Source of the DNA: Eledone cirrhosa
Taxonomy: Eukaryota
Length of the DNA stretch: 64,000 nucleotides
Direction of reading: 5' to 3'
Assembly (NCBI GenBank): GCA_964016885.1
Contig: CAXHJY010000604.1
Location: 7,394 to 71,393 of the forward strand
Positions 1-13,109 of the stretch are shown piece after piece. The notes under the pieces are model-generated. The model was not told the origin of the DNA, made no database searches, and saw only the letters and a program-made list of their open reading frames with translations. The number at the start of each line of letters is the position of its first letter. Positions within the stretch are counted from its first letter, which is position 1. A program made the translations under genes and the position numbers.

Positions 1-2779
1 ATGTTATTTTAGGTTTTGTTTTCTTTTTATTCCTTTATCAGAAAATTCTATTCTTGAATCTTTAACCACAAGTTCTTCATGATAGGAAGGGCATCTAACC
101 ATAGAAAACCTGCCAAACAAAGGGTTGGGAGGATTCTTTAACTGTGTCAAAGATATGACAACATCCGTAATGCTGGTGCCATGATAAAATGCACTTGGTA
201 GAACATGGGAACCTATGTAAGCAAGATGCAAACCTCCAGTCCTTCTGAGAGGTCAGTAGGCCTGTTTGAGTACTGACTTGGTATGTGAAGACCCGTCCAG
301 CCATTGCTAGCAGGGATAAGCTATTTGCCCTTTTTTTTTTTTACTGGGATTAACCTCCAATTCATTCAATCCTTGTTAGCTTAGTCCTTGTGCTAGGCTT
401 TATCAATCTGTTTTATAAAAATTTATATTTTTATTAACCAAACATTATTTTTCAATCAAATTACCAGAATTTTTTGTTTTGTTGTTTTAATGCCAAGAAG
501 TGTTATTGCAATTTTGTTTATGTTAATTAAGTCAAGAGAAATCTTCAACTAGGACATATTTTATATACTCATATATGTCACATCCTTTTTGTGTTTAGAG
601 TAATTTCGTTTCATCATGCAATATTTCAAAGGGTGATGGATTGGTGGAATTGGTAGAACATTGAATAAAATGGCATTGCGAGATTTCTTCTGACTTTTTA
701 CATTCTGAGTTCAAATCCTGCTGAGGTTAACTTCGCCTTCTTTCATCCTTCAAAGGTTGATAAAATAAAGTACCAGTCAAGAACTCCAGTCGATTTCATC
801 AACTTGCTCTCCTTCCAAATATGCTAGTTTGTGCCTAAATTAGAATTTATTATTTAATATTTCAAACTTAGAGCAAGGTTCAGTAGATAAGTTGCATGCA
901 ACTCTTCACACTTGATTTAAAAAAAATAAAAGATGGCTTTGATTTATTTATGAGTATATACAGTATACGTTGGCCTTTTTTTCTTTTTTCCTTTTCTGGA
1001 ATAACCTTCAATATTTGATGATTATAAATAATTACTTAGCCATAATAGAACTGTCTAAAAGTATGTGTGGATAACATATTATATTTTCTTTTTCATATAG
1101 TGTTTATTTCAACATTCAATATTCCCTATATATATTTTTTTATATTTACATCCAAAATACATTTTTAAATCTCAGACCTTCTGAAATCCTCTCCACACAC
1201 GTTTTTGCTGCAGTTGACTTGCAACAATTTAACCTGAACATCAACAGCATCAATTTCATTGGTCTTGGAGAGCATGCAAAGGTCATTGGCACTGCTCCTT
1301 TCTCCTGACTTACCAAATAAAAAAAAAGATCAATATTAACTTCAATATTTTTTTAATGTTGTTGTTAATGTTTTAAAATATGCACTCAAAGTGATATTTG
1401 TAGATAGTGAAATATATTTAATTGGCTGCTTTTCCATGCTGGCATGGGTTTGACTCCGGTTTAGAATAGCGACAGCTTATTCCTTTGTATTGTAAAAGCA
1501 ACAGAAAGGTCATCTGGTCATAAAACATTGCATTAAAAAGAACTCCATGATGAGTATGAAGCTTGTCATGAGGCCTGCAAAGCAAACCCCTGCTTTAGTA
1601 GGAAAGATAGCCCTAAGCCACTTGTTATTGTATCTCAATCACAATAGTTGTTGCTGTAGTATAGAAAATGCCCATGACTTTTTTGAGGCCCTCTCAGACT
1701 GGAGGAAGGAATAGCAGAAGGTATCCCTAAACTGGAGACCTGGCTCAAATGTTTGCAACAGAACGAACTCTTTTAAAGATACCCAAATGACTAGTATGTG
1801 GTGTCAAACAAAGTAACAGATAAAATCTACCATCCAAGTAGGCAACAGCTGAATTTGAATGCAGAATACACAAAGAGCCGGATCAAATACCACAAGGCAT
1901 CTCATCCAATGTTTTAATAATTCCTTTTGATTCTTTAGCAGAATCCATTCTGACCAGATCTCCAGTTTATGGAAAACCATCTTCCTCCCACATCAATCTA
2001 AAAAAACCTGAACAACAATTAACGGCTATCCTTGCTCATCATCATTTTACATCCCCTTTCCACACTGGCATAGGGTGGACCAAGACTAGATGAGTCAGAA
2101 TGACTAATCTAGTTCTTTATATTTGGCATGATTTCTCTGGTTGGATGCTCTTCCTTACATCAACCACTTTACAGGGTGCATGGGTATATTTTTCATGGCA
2201 TCAAGACTACCACTTTACAGAGTGACTGGTTGCATTTTACCGTGGTACCAACAGTAACACTTTACTAAGTTGACTGGGTGCATTTTATTGTTGCACCAGC
2301 TCTAGTGAGGTTGTTATATGCTAGGCTAGACGGAAGAGTCCTAAACAGTAACAAAATAAATAAATACAAATGTAGACAATAAATAGAAAAGTTTGCTATT
2401 ACTGGTTTAGTAAAAAAAAAAAAAAAAAAATTAACAAGACTTCTTTCATGACAACTGCAAAACACTTCTGCTCCAATTAAAATTGAAAGATCAAGGGATA
2501 GAGAAATTTTATGTAGTTGTTTGGCCTGTTTATTATTGCAGATTATATTTCTCACTCAATTTCTTATTTATAATAAACACCACATGTTTGAAATTTGAAA
2601 CATTAGAAAGCTATTGTCATAATGTAGTTGACAAAATGCCTTGCAGTATTTGTTTGCTCTCTCTCTCTCTCTCTCAAATTGTTTATGATCAGATTGGAGA
2701 AGAATGTGCTTGGCTAGTCTTAAATAATTTTACCACTCCTTGACTTTTGAGAACCAGGAACTTTAGAAATCTTTCAATC

Positions 2780-3293
2780 TTAACTCTTAACATCCTGTAA
2801 TGATTTAGCAGAAAATGTCTAATATTAAGTTTGTTAATTCAGATGCTTTGAGTATAGTGCTTTCCAGCATAGTTACGTCCCTTTACGATCTGAGTTCAAA
2901 TCCCGCCGAGGTTGACTTTGCCTTTCATCCTTACGGGGTCGATAAAATAAAGTATCAGTAATGCACTGGGTAATTGCTGACCTTGTGCCTAAAGTAGAAA
3001 CAATTATTAGTGGACAGATTGTTGTAAAAATTTACAATAATCTAAAATAAAAACTTTAATTTTTAATGTGGGGCATAGTGCTACTTAGTAGCTTTCAAGA
3101 ATGTCTTGGTAATCTAGTTTCATGTGGTTTGTTAATTCATATGTTTAGCGTATTTTTTACTAGTGGACAGATCATTGTGAAAACTAAAGTAAAAACATCA
3201 ATTTTTAATGCGATGCAGTCTTAGTACTGTTTGGAAGTTTTCAAGAATGTCTTGCTAATGTGGTTTCATGTGATACAGGATGTTAAGAATTAA
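2780..3293. mobile_element. piggyBac-type MITE (TTAA sites), carrying a SINE insertion; relatives at ~16764-18385 (split by CR1) and ~40406-40630
   Basis: TTAA-CTCTTAACATCCTG ... CAGGATGTTAAGAA-TTAA. Confidence 0.78.
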
Positions 3294-5803
3294 TTGAATA
3301 TATTTAAAATCTAAATTAGTGGACCCATGTTGTATTTAATTTTTAGAGTCCAGGATTGGTATGCCATATATATCAAGATTACTGGATATATGAACAATTA
3401 TACAAAATGGGAAATTCCCGTTTTAATAAGAGAAACCCTATAGTTTATGTTGATAACTGAAACGTGGAAGTGATTAAAGGTAAAAACAATATTTTAATAA
3501 TTTATTTCTAGGATATAGTTACCTAAATGTTCAGCATATGAATGGCATTTGCTGCTGCTGTCTCATGTTGTCAGTGATCAGTTTTCAGGACCTGGACTGC
3601 AGAACACATACTGAGTGCCTAAATCTCTGCCACCTGAGAGTGTGAACGTCACGTACCCTAATCCCACTACCGTGAGCTGGTTGCATCACCTGGGGAATGT
3701 CATGATTTCTGTTTCATTCTGAAGAAAGAGCATATGACATACAGGATTTAAAAGTATGAGTACAATGTATGAATACAAATGGCATAATGATTAAATGTAT
3801 GAGTAACTTTTGAGAAATAAATATTTACAGGAACAAATGTAAGAGCCTTGTGATTGGAAAGCAAAGTTCTTATTGTAGCAACATGATTGAGATAGGAAAT
3901 GCATTGTGTGAATGTGTGTATGTAAATTTTAAAGAGTAACAGATGGATATATATATATATAAATATACAAACATACGTGGTGTATTATTATAGTTGATAC
4001 TGAATGTACTTGGAGGTATGGTTGGGGCGAAGACTTATCTACCAAACCTTGTTCTGACCTGAAATATCAAATAATGAAGCCAGAATATTATAAACACAAA
4101 AGGGGGTATGATTTATCTCCTGCTGCAACCTATATATGGTATATATTATGGAGATACTTCCAGCTAGATGATTTCAAGTTGTTTTGAAAATACAAATTAT
4201 TTGTTTATTTTATTAGAGTAATGGGTAAAGAAATTTCAAACATTTGGTTAAGTTTATGTATAAGAAGTAGAACAAAACACAAAATAAAATAGAAATAACA
4301 CACAATGGTTTTTGTATAATATGGTTACGTTAGTTATCAACAAATAAAATAACTGCCTTAGGTAGTTACTGAAGAATTCTGTGCATTTAGTTACAAAATT
4401 TCAGAGCCCTGCTCCACTGAAACTACTGCCGCTCCTAAATTCAGTTCTAATGGACTTTGTTTTTCTTACATCACCTTATTTGTAGACATGTAAATAGTTG
4501 AAATAATGTTATAGTTCTGTTGTTATTTTAACAGTTGTTTCAAGTAGAAATGTTAAAGGCGGCTGGCTATATATATTATTACATTGAGTTTAAAACATTC
4601 ACTTATCTCTCTTGCTAGAATCTGTTATTGTTAACTAAAGGATAAGGAATAATGAAAAGTTATAAGAAGTCTGCACTGTTAAGAAATGTTAAACAAGTAC
4701 TAGGGTGTGCTGTAGACTGGAGATTAGATATCATCATCATCATTGTCACATACTAGTATTGATATAGGTTGGACAAAAGGGTGGAGCTTATCCCAGTTCC
4801 ATGTGGCAATAAGTAACTGAGAGTACAAGACACCAGTCTGCCACAAGGTTAACCTCCAACTGCTTCTGTAACTCATTTTCAGCTGAGTGGAATGGATCAA
4901 TATGGAATAAAGCGTCTTGCTCAAGGACATGATGCATTGCTCAATTCGGAGATTGAATCGGTCTTGCACACTGTCAAGATTAGCTTGGCTAAAGTTAAAG
5001 GTAGTTGATATTAAATTTAGAATTGTTATAAGTTAATGGATGCAGGAAGGGAGTGAATTTCCTGAAGAGGGAAGAGTGTTTAGTATGGAGTCTTCTTGGC
5101 AACCTAGTTGTTTCTTTTAGACATACTGACCTTGGGAAGCTCTAATGAGAGAAGCCTCTTGATAAGAGAGAGTAAGAGAGAGGATGGCAGATTAATTCAG
5201 TCCTGGATGTGATTATCATCATCTCATCTTAACCGTCATTCACTATCTCTGCAGAGGTAAGTAAACTGGGGCTACATGCATTGACTGTTGATGAGTAGTG
5301 CTGCTCTTCCACTGGCAGAAGTGACAGACACATGCCATTCCTATACATACATAAATATTATAAATATATATATATAAGAGTAATAATAAATACAAAGACC
5401 AAAATATAACCATCAGAGCTGTTGGCATATTTAATAACATACATCTATTAGGTGATATTTCTTTTTTTTTTCTAACAAAGAAATAATCGCAGCCGATCTG
5501 AGGAAGGAGCTCCATGAGGTGGGGTGTCTGTTGCCTTAGAGTTTTTGCTTTTCTCCCCTTTTGCCTCTCATTTATGGCTTTTTTAATCCTTTCCGCTACT
5601 TTCCCATACAGCCAGATCTGCCCTTCTTTACCTCTTCCCTATTTTCTCATTACTTAATGTTGCTTTTAACTTTCTTTTTCATATTTATGTAACCAAAATA
5701 TTATACACACATATATACATAAACTGCTTTGCAATTTAAATCAAAACATCTCTCCACATAGATTTTACCATATTTAACATGAAGCAATGACAGCTGAAAT
5801 TTA

Positions 5804-5853
<50 letters not shown>

Positions 5854-6505
5854 TTATTTCTAACATTCAAATGAAATTCTCTAAATATATTGCTGCCTGG
5901 ATCAAATTTCACATTTGAAAAAAATTAATATATCGTATTTTATTTTAGCTTGGTGTAAATTTTATGTAAATTTCTACAAGGAGGGGTTGTTTTTTTTGTT
6001 TGTGTGTGTGTGTGTTAGAAATAATATAAAATGTTCTATAGTGTTGCTAGCCAGGTCTCTGTGACCTTATCATGTATGCTAATATATGCTGAACTAGTCA
6101 AACTGATGCCGACATTCAATGACATTAATATACCGTCTAAACCCATGCTAGCGTGGAAGATAGACGTTAAACGATGATGATGATGATGATGATATAGTTA
6201 GTCTGCCTCTAAGGAAAGCTCTTATAAACAGATAAATTAGGATTAATTTGACAACTTTTATTATTGATCCAATCCTATTGACACTGTTCCAGGCTTTTAA
6301 ACTTATTTATTTATATATAACTAAGTTTATTAGGAATGTATTTCTAAAACTAATTATTATTAGAGCTTAGTTTTATCAGGTTATGTTCATTTTGTCTGTC
6401 TATCATTTGATCAATACTGTGGATAGAATTGTATATTATTTTTGCGACAGTATTTCACCTTATAATGAGAGTAGTGCCTCCTTCCTCACTAACATTTTAT
6501 GTATG

Positions 6506-7888
6506 TAAGACCGGCTGCCCATGGGAACTTCTATACGCAGATGATCTAATTCTCATAGTTGAATCTATGACCGAACTAGAGAAGAAATTCCAAACATGGA
6601 AGCATGGCCTAGAATCAAAAGGCCTTAAAGTTAACTTGTCTAAGACTAAAGTTCTAGTATGTAGAAAGGAAAATAGGGCTCAGGTGCCCTCTGGGAAATG
6701 GCCATGCTCAGTTTGTAGGAAAGGAGTAGGTAGAAATTCCATTTTATGTCCCATAGGCAAACTATGGGTCCATAAAAGATGTAGTGGGATCACAGGCAAG
6801 CTATCTAAGAATGTAGATTTTATATGTGGTCGATGCTCAGGTGCAATAAGTAGCAAGTGCCCACAGGATACTAGCTCCTTCTGCCCAGATGGTTCTATAG
6901 AAATAGTGGACACCTTCCGTTACCTGGGTGACAAAATCAGCAGTGGTGGAGGGTACACTGAAAGTGCAGTAGCCAGAGTTAAAACGGGATGGAAAAAGTT
7001 CAGAGAGCTTATACCGCTATTGGCCACAAAAGGTTTCTCTCTAAAAATGAAAGGCAGATTGTATGATGATTGTATACGAACAGCAATGTTGCATGGTAGT
7101 GAGACATGAGCATTGTGTGCAGAGGACCTGCACAGACTAGAAAGGAACGAAGCATACATGCTTCGTTGGATGTGTCATGAACGGCTAAATATAAACGAAT
7201 TAAGTGATAAATTAGGAACAAGAGGGATCAGATGTTGTTTACTCGAGAGACGATTACGTTGGTATGGTCACGTGATGCGCATGAAAGATGACAGCTGTAT
7301 AAAAAATTGCAGGGTGATCAAAATTGATGGAAGTTACGGAGTAGGCAGACCCAGAAAAACCTGGGACGACTTGATAAATTCCGACCTTGCACACTTGTAC
7401 CTCTCTAAGACAATGTAACTGGATCGAGATCTTTGGCGCTGCCCCTCCAAACCAAACATACATCCAAACCCACTGCCCCTACTTCACCCTTCTACTCCCA
7501 CCAACACCACCCTTTGCCTATAAAGTTATGTTGGTACCACAACATCCAGTCCAAACTAATGAGGTGTCACAACAAAAAAACAAACACACAGTCCTTGCTG
7601 TAATGTAGTCATGTAGGTGTCACAACAAAAAAAAGGGAAAAAGAAAAGGGAGGGGAAAAAAACAGTCCACACTGTAATGTGGTCGTGTAGGTAACACAGT
7701 AAAAAGCTCCCAGTCCACATTGTAAATGTGATTGGTGTTAGGAAGGGCATCCAACCGTAGAAAACCTGCCAGATAGTCCTATACGAGTGAGACGCAATCA
7801 CCCGACCAATCTTGCCTCAAGTGGGACAACTCCCGTCTAACCGATGCTAGCGTGGAAGATAGAGGTTAAACGATGATGATGATGATGA
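6506..7888 (+). mobile_element. 5'-truncated RTE-clade LINE (RT C-terminus, PHD-like Cys insert, 3' UTR, (GAT)n tail)
   Basis: PWELLYADDL...KGLKVNLSKTK...CSVC..HKRCSGI..C..C...RRLRWYGHVMRM..GRPRKTW. In-frame stops. Tail gttaaacgatgatgat. Confidence 0.93.
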
Positions 7889-8738
7889 CGCACACATACA
7901 GAGGGAGAGAGAGAGAGATTTTACATATCTCTACATCCACTTTGCATCTTCCCATGCATTGAATACTCCAAAGATTAGTGATCTCCCCGGCCTCAGCACT
8001 ACAGTTTCCCTCTCATATATACTATGTTTTTGAATTTGTTTTGCAAGATTTCTTATCTGAAAACGTGTGTTGAAACAGATATTGTTATACTTTGGGAGGG
8101 TCATGCTGCCAATAAATACACACACACCTGTTGGTTTTCACTTCAATTTATAAATTTCTGGTTGGTTCAATAACCGGATGGTTGCTTATATATTGCCAAA
8201 GCTCTTTCATCACACATTCTGTAACCTCAGTGACTAGGCTTTTATTTTGTGTCTCTCCTTTGTTCAGTCCTACATCATCTTCTTTTTGTGTGTTGTATGT
8301 TTAGTTTGCGCATGCATTACATCCGGACGTGTGTGTGTGTGTGTGTGTGTGTTTATTTACTTGTCACTAGTTGGTTGTTTGTTCTACCTGTGTGTGTCTG
8401 ATTTGGTTTTTGTGTGTGTCTATATCTTCATTTTGTCCTTAATTACTAGTTATGATGTTGCTATTCCACTCATGTGTTCTGTTTAATTTTGGTTGGAGTT
8501 CATTTATGTTTGTCGCCTCTGTGATTTATCTGAGCATTGCATCTTTTCTCTGTGTGGATATAATTTTTATCTCTATGTTCTCTAATGTGCCCCTCTGTTC
8601 TATTTTGGCATGTTGGTGGAGTACTGATGAGTTTTCCCCATACCAGAGTTCTCGCCAGTGTTCACTTATCCTTTCTCCTATGCTACGTGCTGTTTCACTT
8701 AAAGAACACTGGCAACTACGCTACAAAATTCAAATACA

Positions 8739-9335
8739 TATTTGTATACAGCTATGTTCGAAGCTAAATTCTAATTCTATATTAAGTTGAGCCAACTTAT
8801 ACAGCTTCATATGAACATAAGATTAATCACCTTATTTACACAGACAAAAAAACTATATATTTTCACCTGTTTTCAAAGTGTGGCAGTTGCAAGAGCAGGA
8901 GAGATTGTCCAGATGAAAGCCAGTTGAGTTTGAAATGCATCAACGATTTTCCCCTTTGCTTCTGCTAACGCCCTCTGGTGATGTCTAGCAGAAGCAAGGG
9001 GGACAACCTTCTATGCATTTCAAGCTTAACTGGCCTTCGTCAGGATGGTCCTTCCCACCGCTTGCGACCGCTGGACTAGGGGACAGGCGAGAATATATAC
9101 TTTTCTCGTCTGTGTAAATGAGGTGATTAATCTCATTTGCATATGAAGCTGCTAAGTTGGCTCAACCTATAATAAAAAAGAAATAGGATTTCGCTTCAAG
9201 CATAGCTTTATACAATATGCTTTATACAATATATATTGCATAGCTATGGCTTCCTAAAATCGTATTTCTTTGGAAATACGAAATATTTATACATATTGTA
9301 TAAAGCTATGCTTGAAGCGAAATCCTATTTCTTTT
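8739..9335. repeat. Large foldback/palindromic element with extra inverted terminus
   Basis: 8739-8967 pairs with 8986-9219 along its length. 9176-9219 and 9292-9335 form a perfect 44-bp inverted repeat. Confidence 0.9.
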
Positions 9336-9654
9336 ATATATATATATGTGTGTGTGTTATAATTAAGGCCATCATTTGACTCAACTACAATGCAAACAAA
9401 TCTACATCAAACCCATGCTATCCATTAACTCAAGAAAACACATACCATAAACCTACAATCAACCTCACCCATCAGATATACACTGACCATACATAAATTA
9501 AATTCAAACACATCCTCCAAAACCATATCCAGCCCTCCCAGTAAAACAACAACCAATATGCTTCAATTACTGGAGGCGGTCATCTGCTGTAGCTTGAGTT
9601 ACATCTAGACAACTCCTCTAACCATGCTAGTGTAGAAAGATGGATGTTAAATGA

Positions 9655-9698
<44 letters not shown>

Positions 9699-10039
9699 AT
9701 ATATAGAAATAAACACAGAGAAGTGTGTTTAGAATTACAAGGGCTGAAAAAACACTTTGGTGCGATGTATATAATCTATGAACAAACGGAAAAAAGTTGA
9801 ATTAAAATGTACTAACCGTTTCAATAACTATTGAACTTCTGGACAAACTACAGGTTTAGTTTGTTTCACTGTAAATGTGTGCCTATAACAGATAATCCTA
9901 GGTCAACAGGAGTTAGGATTATATTCACAGCACTCCTAGCAATAATTTAGGTAACTAAATATCGCACGAGGTATATATATTGAGAGAAAGTAAAACCTTG
10001 TGCGATATATATATATATATATCAAAGCATAAACAAATT

Positions 10040-10553
10040 GAGAGAGACTGAGCAGAGAGATCAAATGCTGTGTGAATCAAATGCTGTGTGCAGGAGAGGT
10101 TGCTGATGGACATGTGATGTATATGAAGGATGACAGCTGCATAAAAAGGTGCAGAGCATTAGAAGCCGTCCTAGCAATTGACCTCTACAGGGATACCCTA
10201 GAGTGACTCTGAGACAACGAGACAGATCAAGCCGACCTTACCCAATTGCACCTCCTAAGGCGATGACACAGACCGTGACATCTGGCGTCACGCAGTAATA
10301 CAGAAGACCCAAGTTTCCACGAGTACAAGCCCGAAGCCTAAGCATCTATACAATATGCCCCACCCCTTCCCACTAGAAAGCGAGGCACGCAAAAAGCACC
10401 CAGCTGTAAATGAGGTTGTTAGGAAGGGCATCCAGCTGTAGAAATCAAGTCAAAATCAGTTCCCGTATGAGCAAGGCAAGGTCAGCCGACCGGGCACTGC
10501 CCACAACAGGACAACCCGTCTAACCCATGCTAGCATGGAACAATGGATGATGA
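10040..10553 (+). mobile_element. RTE LINE 3' fragment
   Basis: Decayed GHVM..KDDSCIKRC and the same 3' end (ccgtctaacccatgctagc..gatgat). Confidence 0.75.
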
Positions 10554-10567
10554 TATATATATATGAT

Positions 10568-10770
10568 ATTTGAAATGTGTGTGTCCCTATAACAATAGTT
10601 GCCCACTTTATATAATAGTTGGGAAATTTGGGTAAAGTATGAAGTACTTCTGGAAATGGAAAAAAGTGGTCAGAGCTGACTCCAGGGTACTTTACCTGAT
10701 TTTCTCAACTATCATATATAGTGATTAACTATTGTTATAGTCATTTACACTGGAAGGCTACATTTCAAAT
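10568..10770. mobile_element. Small TIR MITE (second copy 52365-52536)
   Basis: ATTTGAAATGT ... ACATTTCAAAT termini and shared interior tactttacctgattttct.aactat.at. Confidence 0.7.
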
Positions 10771-10822
10771 TTTTCCAATATTTCTTCAGCCAATTGAGAG
10801 TTCATATGTATATATGTTATAA

Positions 10823-10854
<32 letters not shown>

Positions 10855-11299
10855 TATGTGTATGTATGTATGTATGTGTGTGTATGTATATTTGTGTGTG
10901 TATATGTGTGTATATATATCATCATCATTTTATGCCCGCTTTTTCCCTGCTTGCATGGGTGGGACAGGAACTGATTCTGGCTTGATTTCTACAGCTGGAT
11001 GCCCTTCCTAACACCAACCTCATTTACAGTGAGTGCTGGGTGCTTTTTTCAGTGGCGCCTACACGTCCACTTTACAATGTGGGCTGGGTGTTTTTTTGCC
11101 GTGGCACCTCCACAACCACTTTGCAGTGGAATGATATGGACCCCAGTCCCTATCATCTCATGTCTACAGCTGAGTAAACTGGAGCAATGTGAAATAAAGT
11201 GTCTTGCTCAAGGAAACAACACATCACCCGGTCTGAGAATTGGACTCACAACCTTTCGATTGCAAGGCCAATGCTCTAACCACTAATTCATGTGCCTCC

Positions 11300-11343
<44 letters not shown>

Positions 11344-11349
11344 ATATTA

Positions 11350-12168
11350 TCTATATATATAAAACTGAGGATGACTGTCTGTGTCTGTGTGTGAGTTTGA
11401 ATCCCTAAAACTCGAGAAGCACTCAACCGACTGTTTTCAAACTTTACACATGTAATACTTATGTTTCAGGGAGTGTTCTGAGCAAAAAATTTCAAATTTT
11501 CAATGCCCTAGGGACCGCATTAGGCGATTTAGTGATCTCTCTCTATAATTCTTAGTCATTCTCTTTTTAGATAGATACATACATATAACGTCGCGCCCTT
11601 ATAATATCTGTCTGTATGTCTGACTGTCTGTAATATGTCACTTCCCTGAGGATGTCTGTCTGTGAGTTTGAATCCCTAAAACTCGAGAAGTACCCAACCG
11701 ATTTTTTCCAAACTTTACATGTGTATTACTTATGTTTCAGGGAGTGTTATGCACATAAAAAAAATTTTTTGAACTCCTTGGGCCCGCATTAGGTGAAAAA
11801 CTGCGTATTTAAAGCTTTTTAGGGGTTTTTTGAGCAAAGAAAATCCAACATTTTTTATGGCCTAGGTGAAAAACTTCATTTTTTCATCTTTTTAGGGCTT
11901 TTTGGAGGCATTACGTCTAGTCGATTTTCCCGAAATTTCAAGGCATATTATGCACATAAAATAAAAATTAATTTTCTTGATCCTCTAGGTGAAAACCTGC
12001 ATTTTTCCTGCTTCATCGAGGAAAATCTTAAAGATTATCTAGCCATCAGAGTATTCGGTTTATTTTATTTACATATTGCCCAGGCATGCAGTTTTTCCAT
12101 GATTAGGTCTGTTGGCGGCCCGCGTTCCAAAATACCTTATCCCGTGCAACGCCGGGTATCACTGCTAG
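11350..12168 (+). mobile_element. Non-autonomous Helitron
   Basis: 5' TC(TATATATATAAAACTGAGG), 3' hairpin cccgtgcaacgccggg followed by CTAG. Inserted between A and T with no TSD. Confidence 0.9.
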
Positions 12169-12199
12169 TATATATATTATATATATATGATTGTATATA

Positions 12200-12650
12200 A
12201 TGGCATGCCGACCTCTATAAAATGGAAGCTTTCCTGCAGCTCCACAACCCTCTTTTTTTTACCACCTCCTGCCTTCCGACAAGACTCCTCTCTACCAGCA
12301 ACAGATTTCCTCCACTTTACATGAACTCATCACCTCCTCACTTTTACCCACTACAACCACCAACCTTGTCTGCATACCCTGCACCTCTAGCATATACTTC
12401 CTCCTCAAAATCCATAACCCAGACACCCTAGGCCATCCCATTGTCTCTGTGTTGAAAACAGGTGTGGCCATGAGCCTAGAATGGGCCCCAGCTATGCCAA
12501 ATTATTCATCAATTATGCTGAGGCCCAAATATTTTCCCAATATACCAGCCCTAATTCCAAGCTTTACAGACATTATATTGATGACTGCATTAGCACCATG
12601 TCACTCACCCAGGTACAGCTCAACTCTCCTTCTTCTGTTCCTTCTAGAGC
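12200..12650 (+). mobile_element. Penelope-like element reverse transcriptase remnant
   Basis: YFLLKIH-P...P-VS, GVAMS.RMGPSYAKLF and YRHYIDDCI match the PLE RT GxAMG-(Y)IDD motifs. Confidence 0.8.
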
Positions 12651-13109
12651 TCCTTCTAGCACCTATAACGTCCTCTTTACATCTGCTCTCACTGTTAAAC
12701 GTTATTTTGACACCATGTGGAGTAGATGTAAAATTCTTCCTCTGGATGGGTATATAGTATTTTGTGCAGTATGAGATATATATTAAGACCATTTTTACTG
12801 ATGAGTAAATCCTGGCCTTTGATACTTTCCCAAAATCGATAGTTGGTTATCGATAATCGATTACTTAGATTGATGGTTTGCTTTGTTCTTTGGATTTATG
12901 AAATAGCCCTTATAATATGCATATTTTCCTACATATTGTTTGCCTGTACCATACTTGAAGATTTAACATCTGGATAATTATATTACATAACTCCATTATC
13001 TGCTGTTTTTTCACCATTCTTTACATATTCATTCCACACAAATATGAATTAACTAACATAAAGTGAAAATTTCCTTATCTTCTCATATATATTTGTATTT
13101 ATATAAACA

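Noticed and set aside
1170-1310. Peptide similarity between 1170-1310 (+) and 60777-60959 (-), suggesting duplicated gene exons
   Set aside because: Flanking motifs (LYKxQVRxxMEYCSHI, NHYAQxF, LxQFKxNIN) identify both as decayed LINE ORF2 C-termini.
9804-9847. Hammerhead-like relic on the minus strand (cagaagt..GAAACGGTTAGTA), plus CTGATGA hits at ~8624, ~12798 and ~56406
   Set aside because: The cores are mutated or lack GAAA or stem I. The first three are probably dead Penelope-type relics, and the 56406 hit is part of a SINE 3' end.
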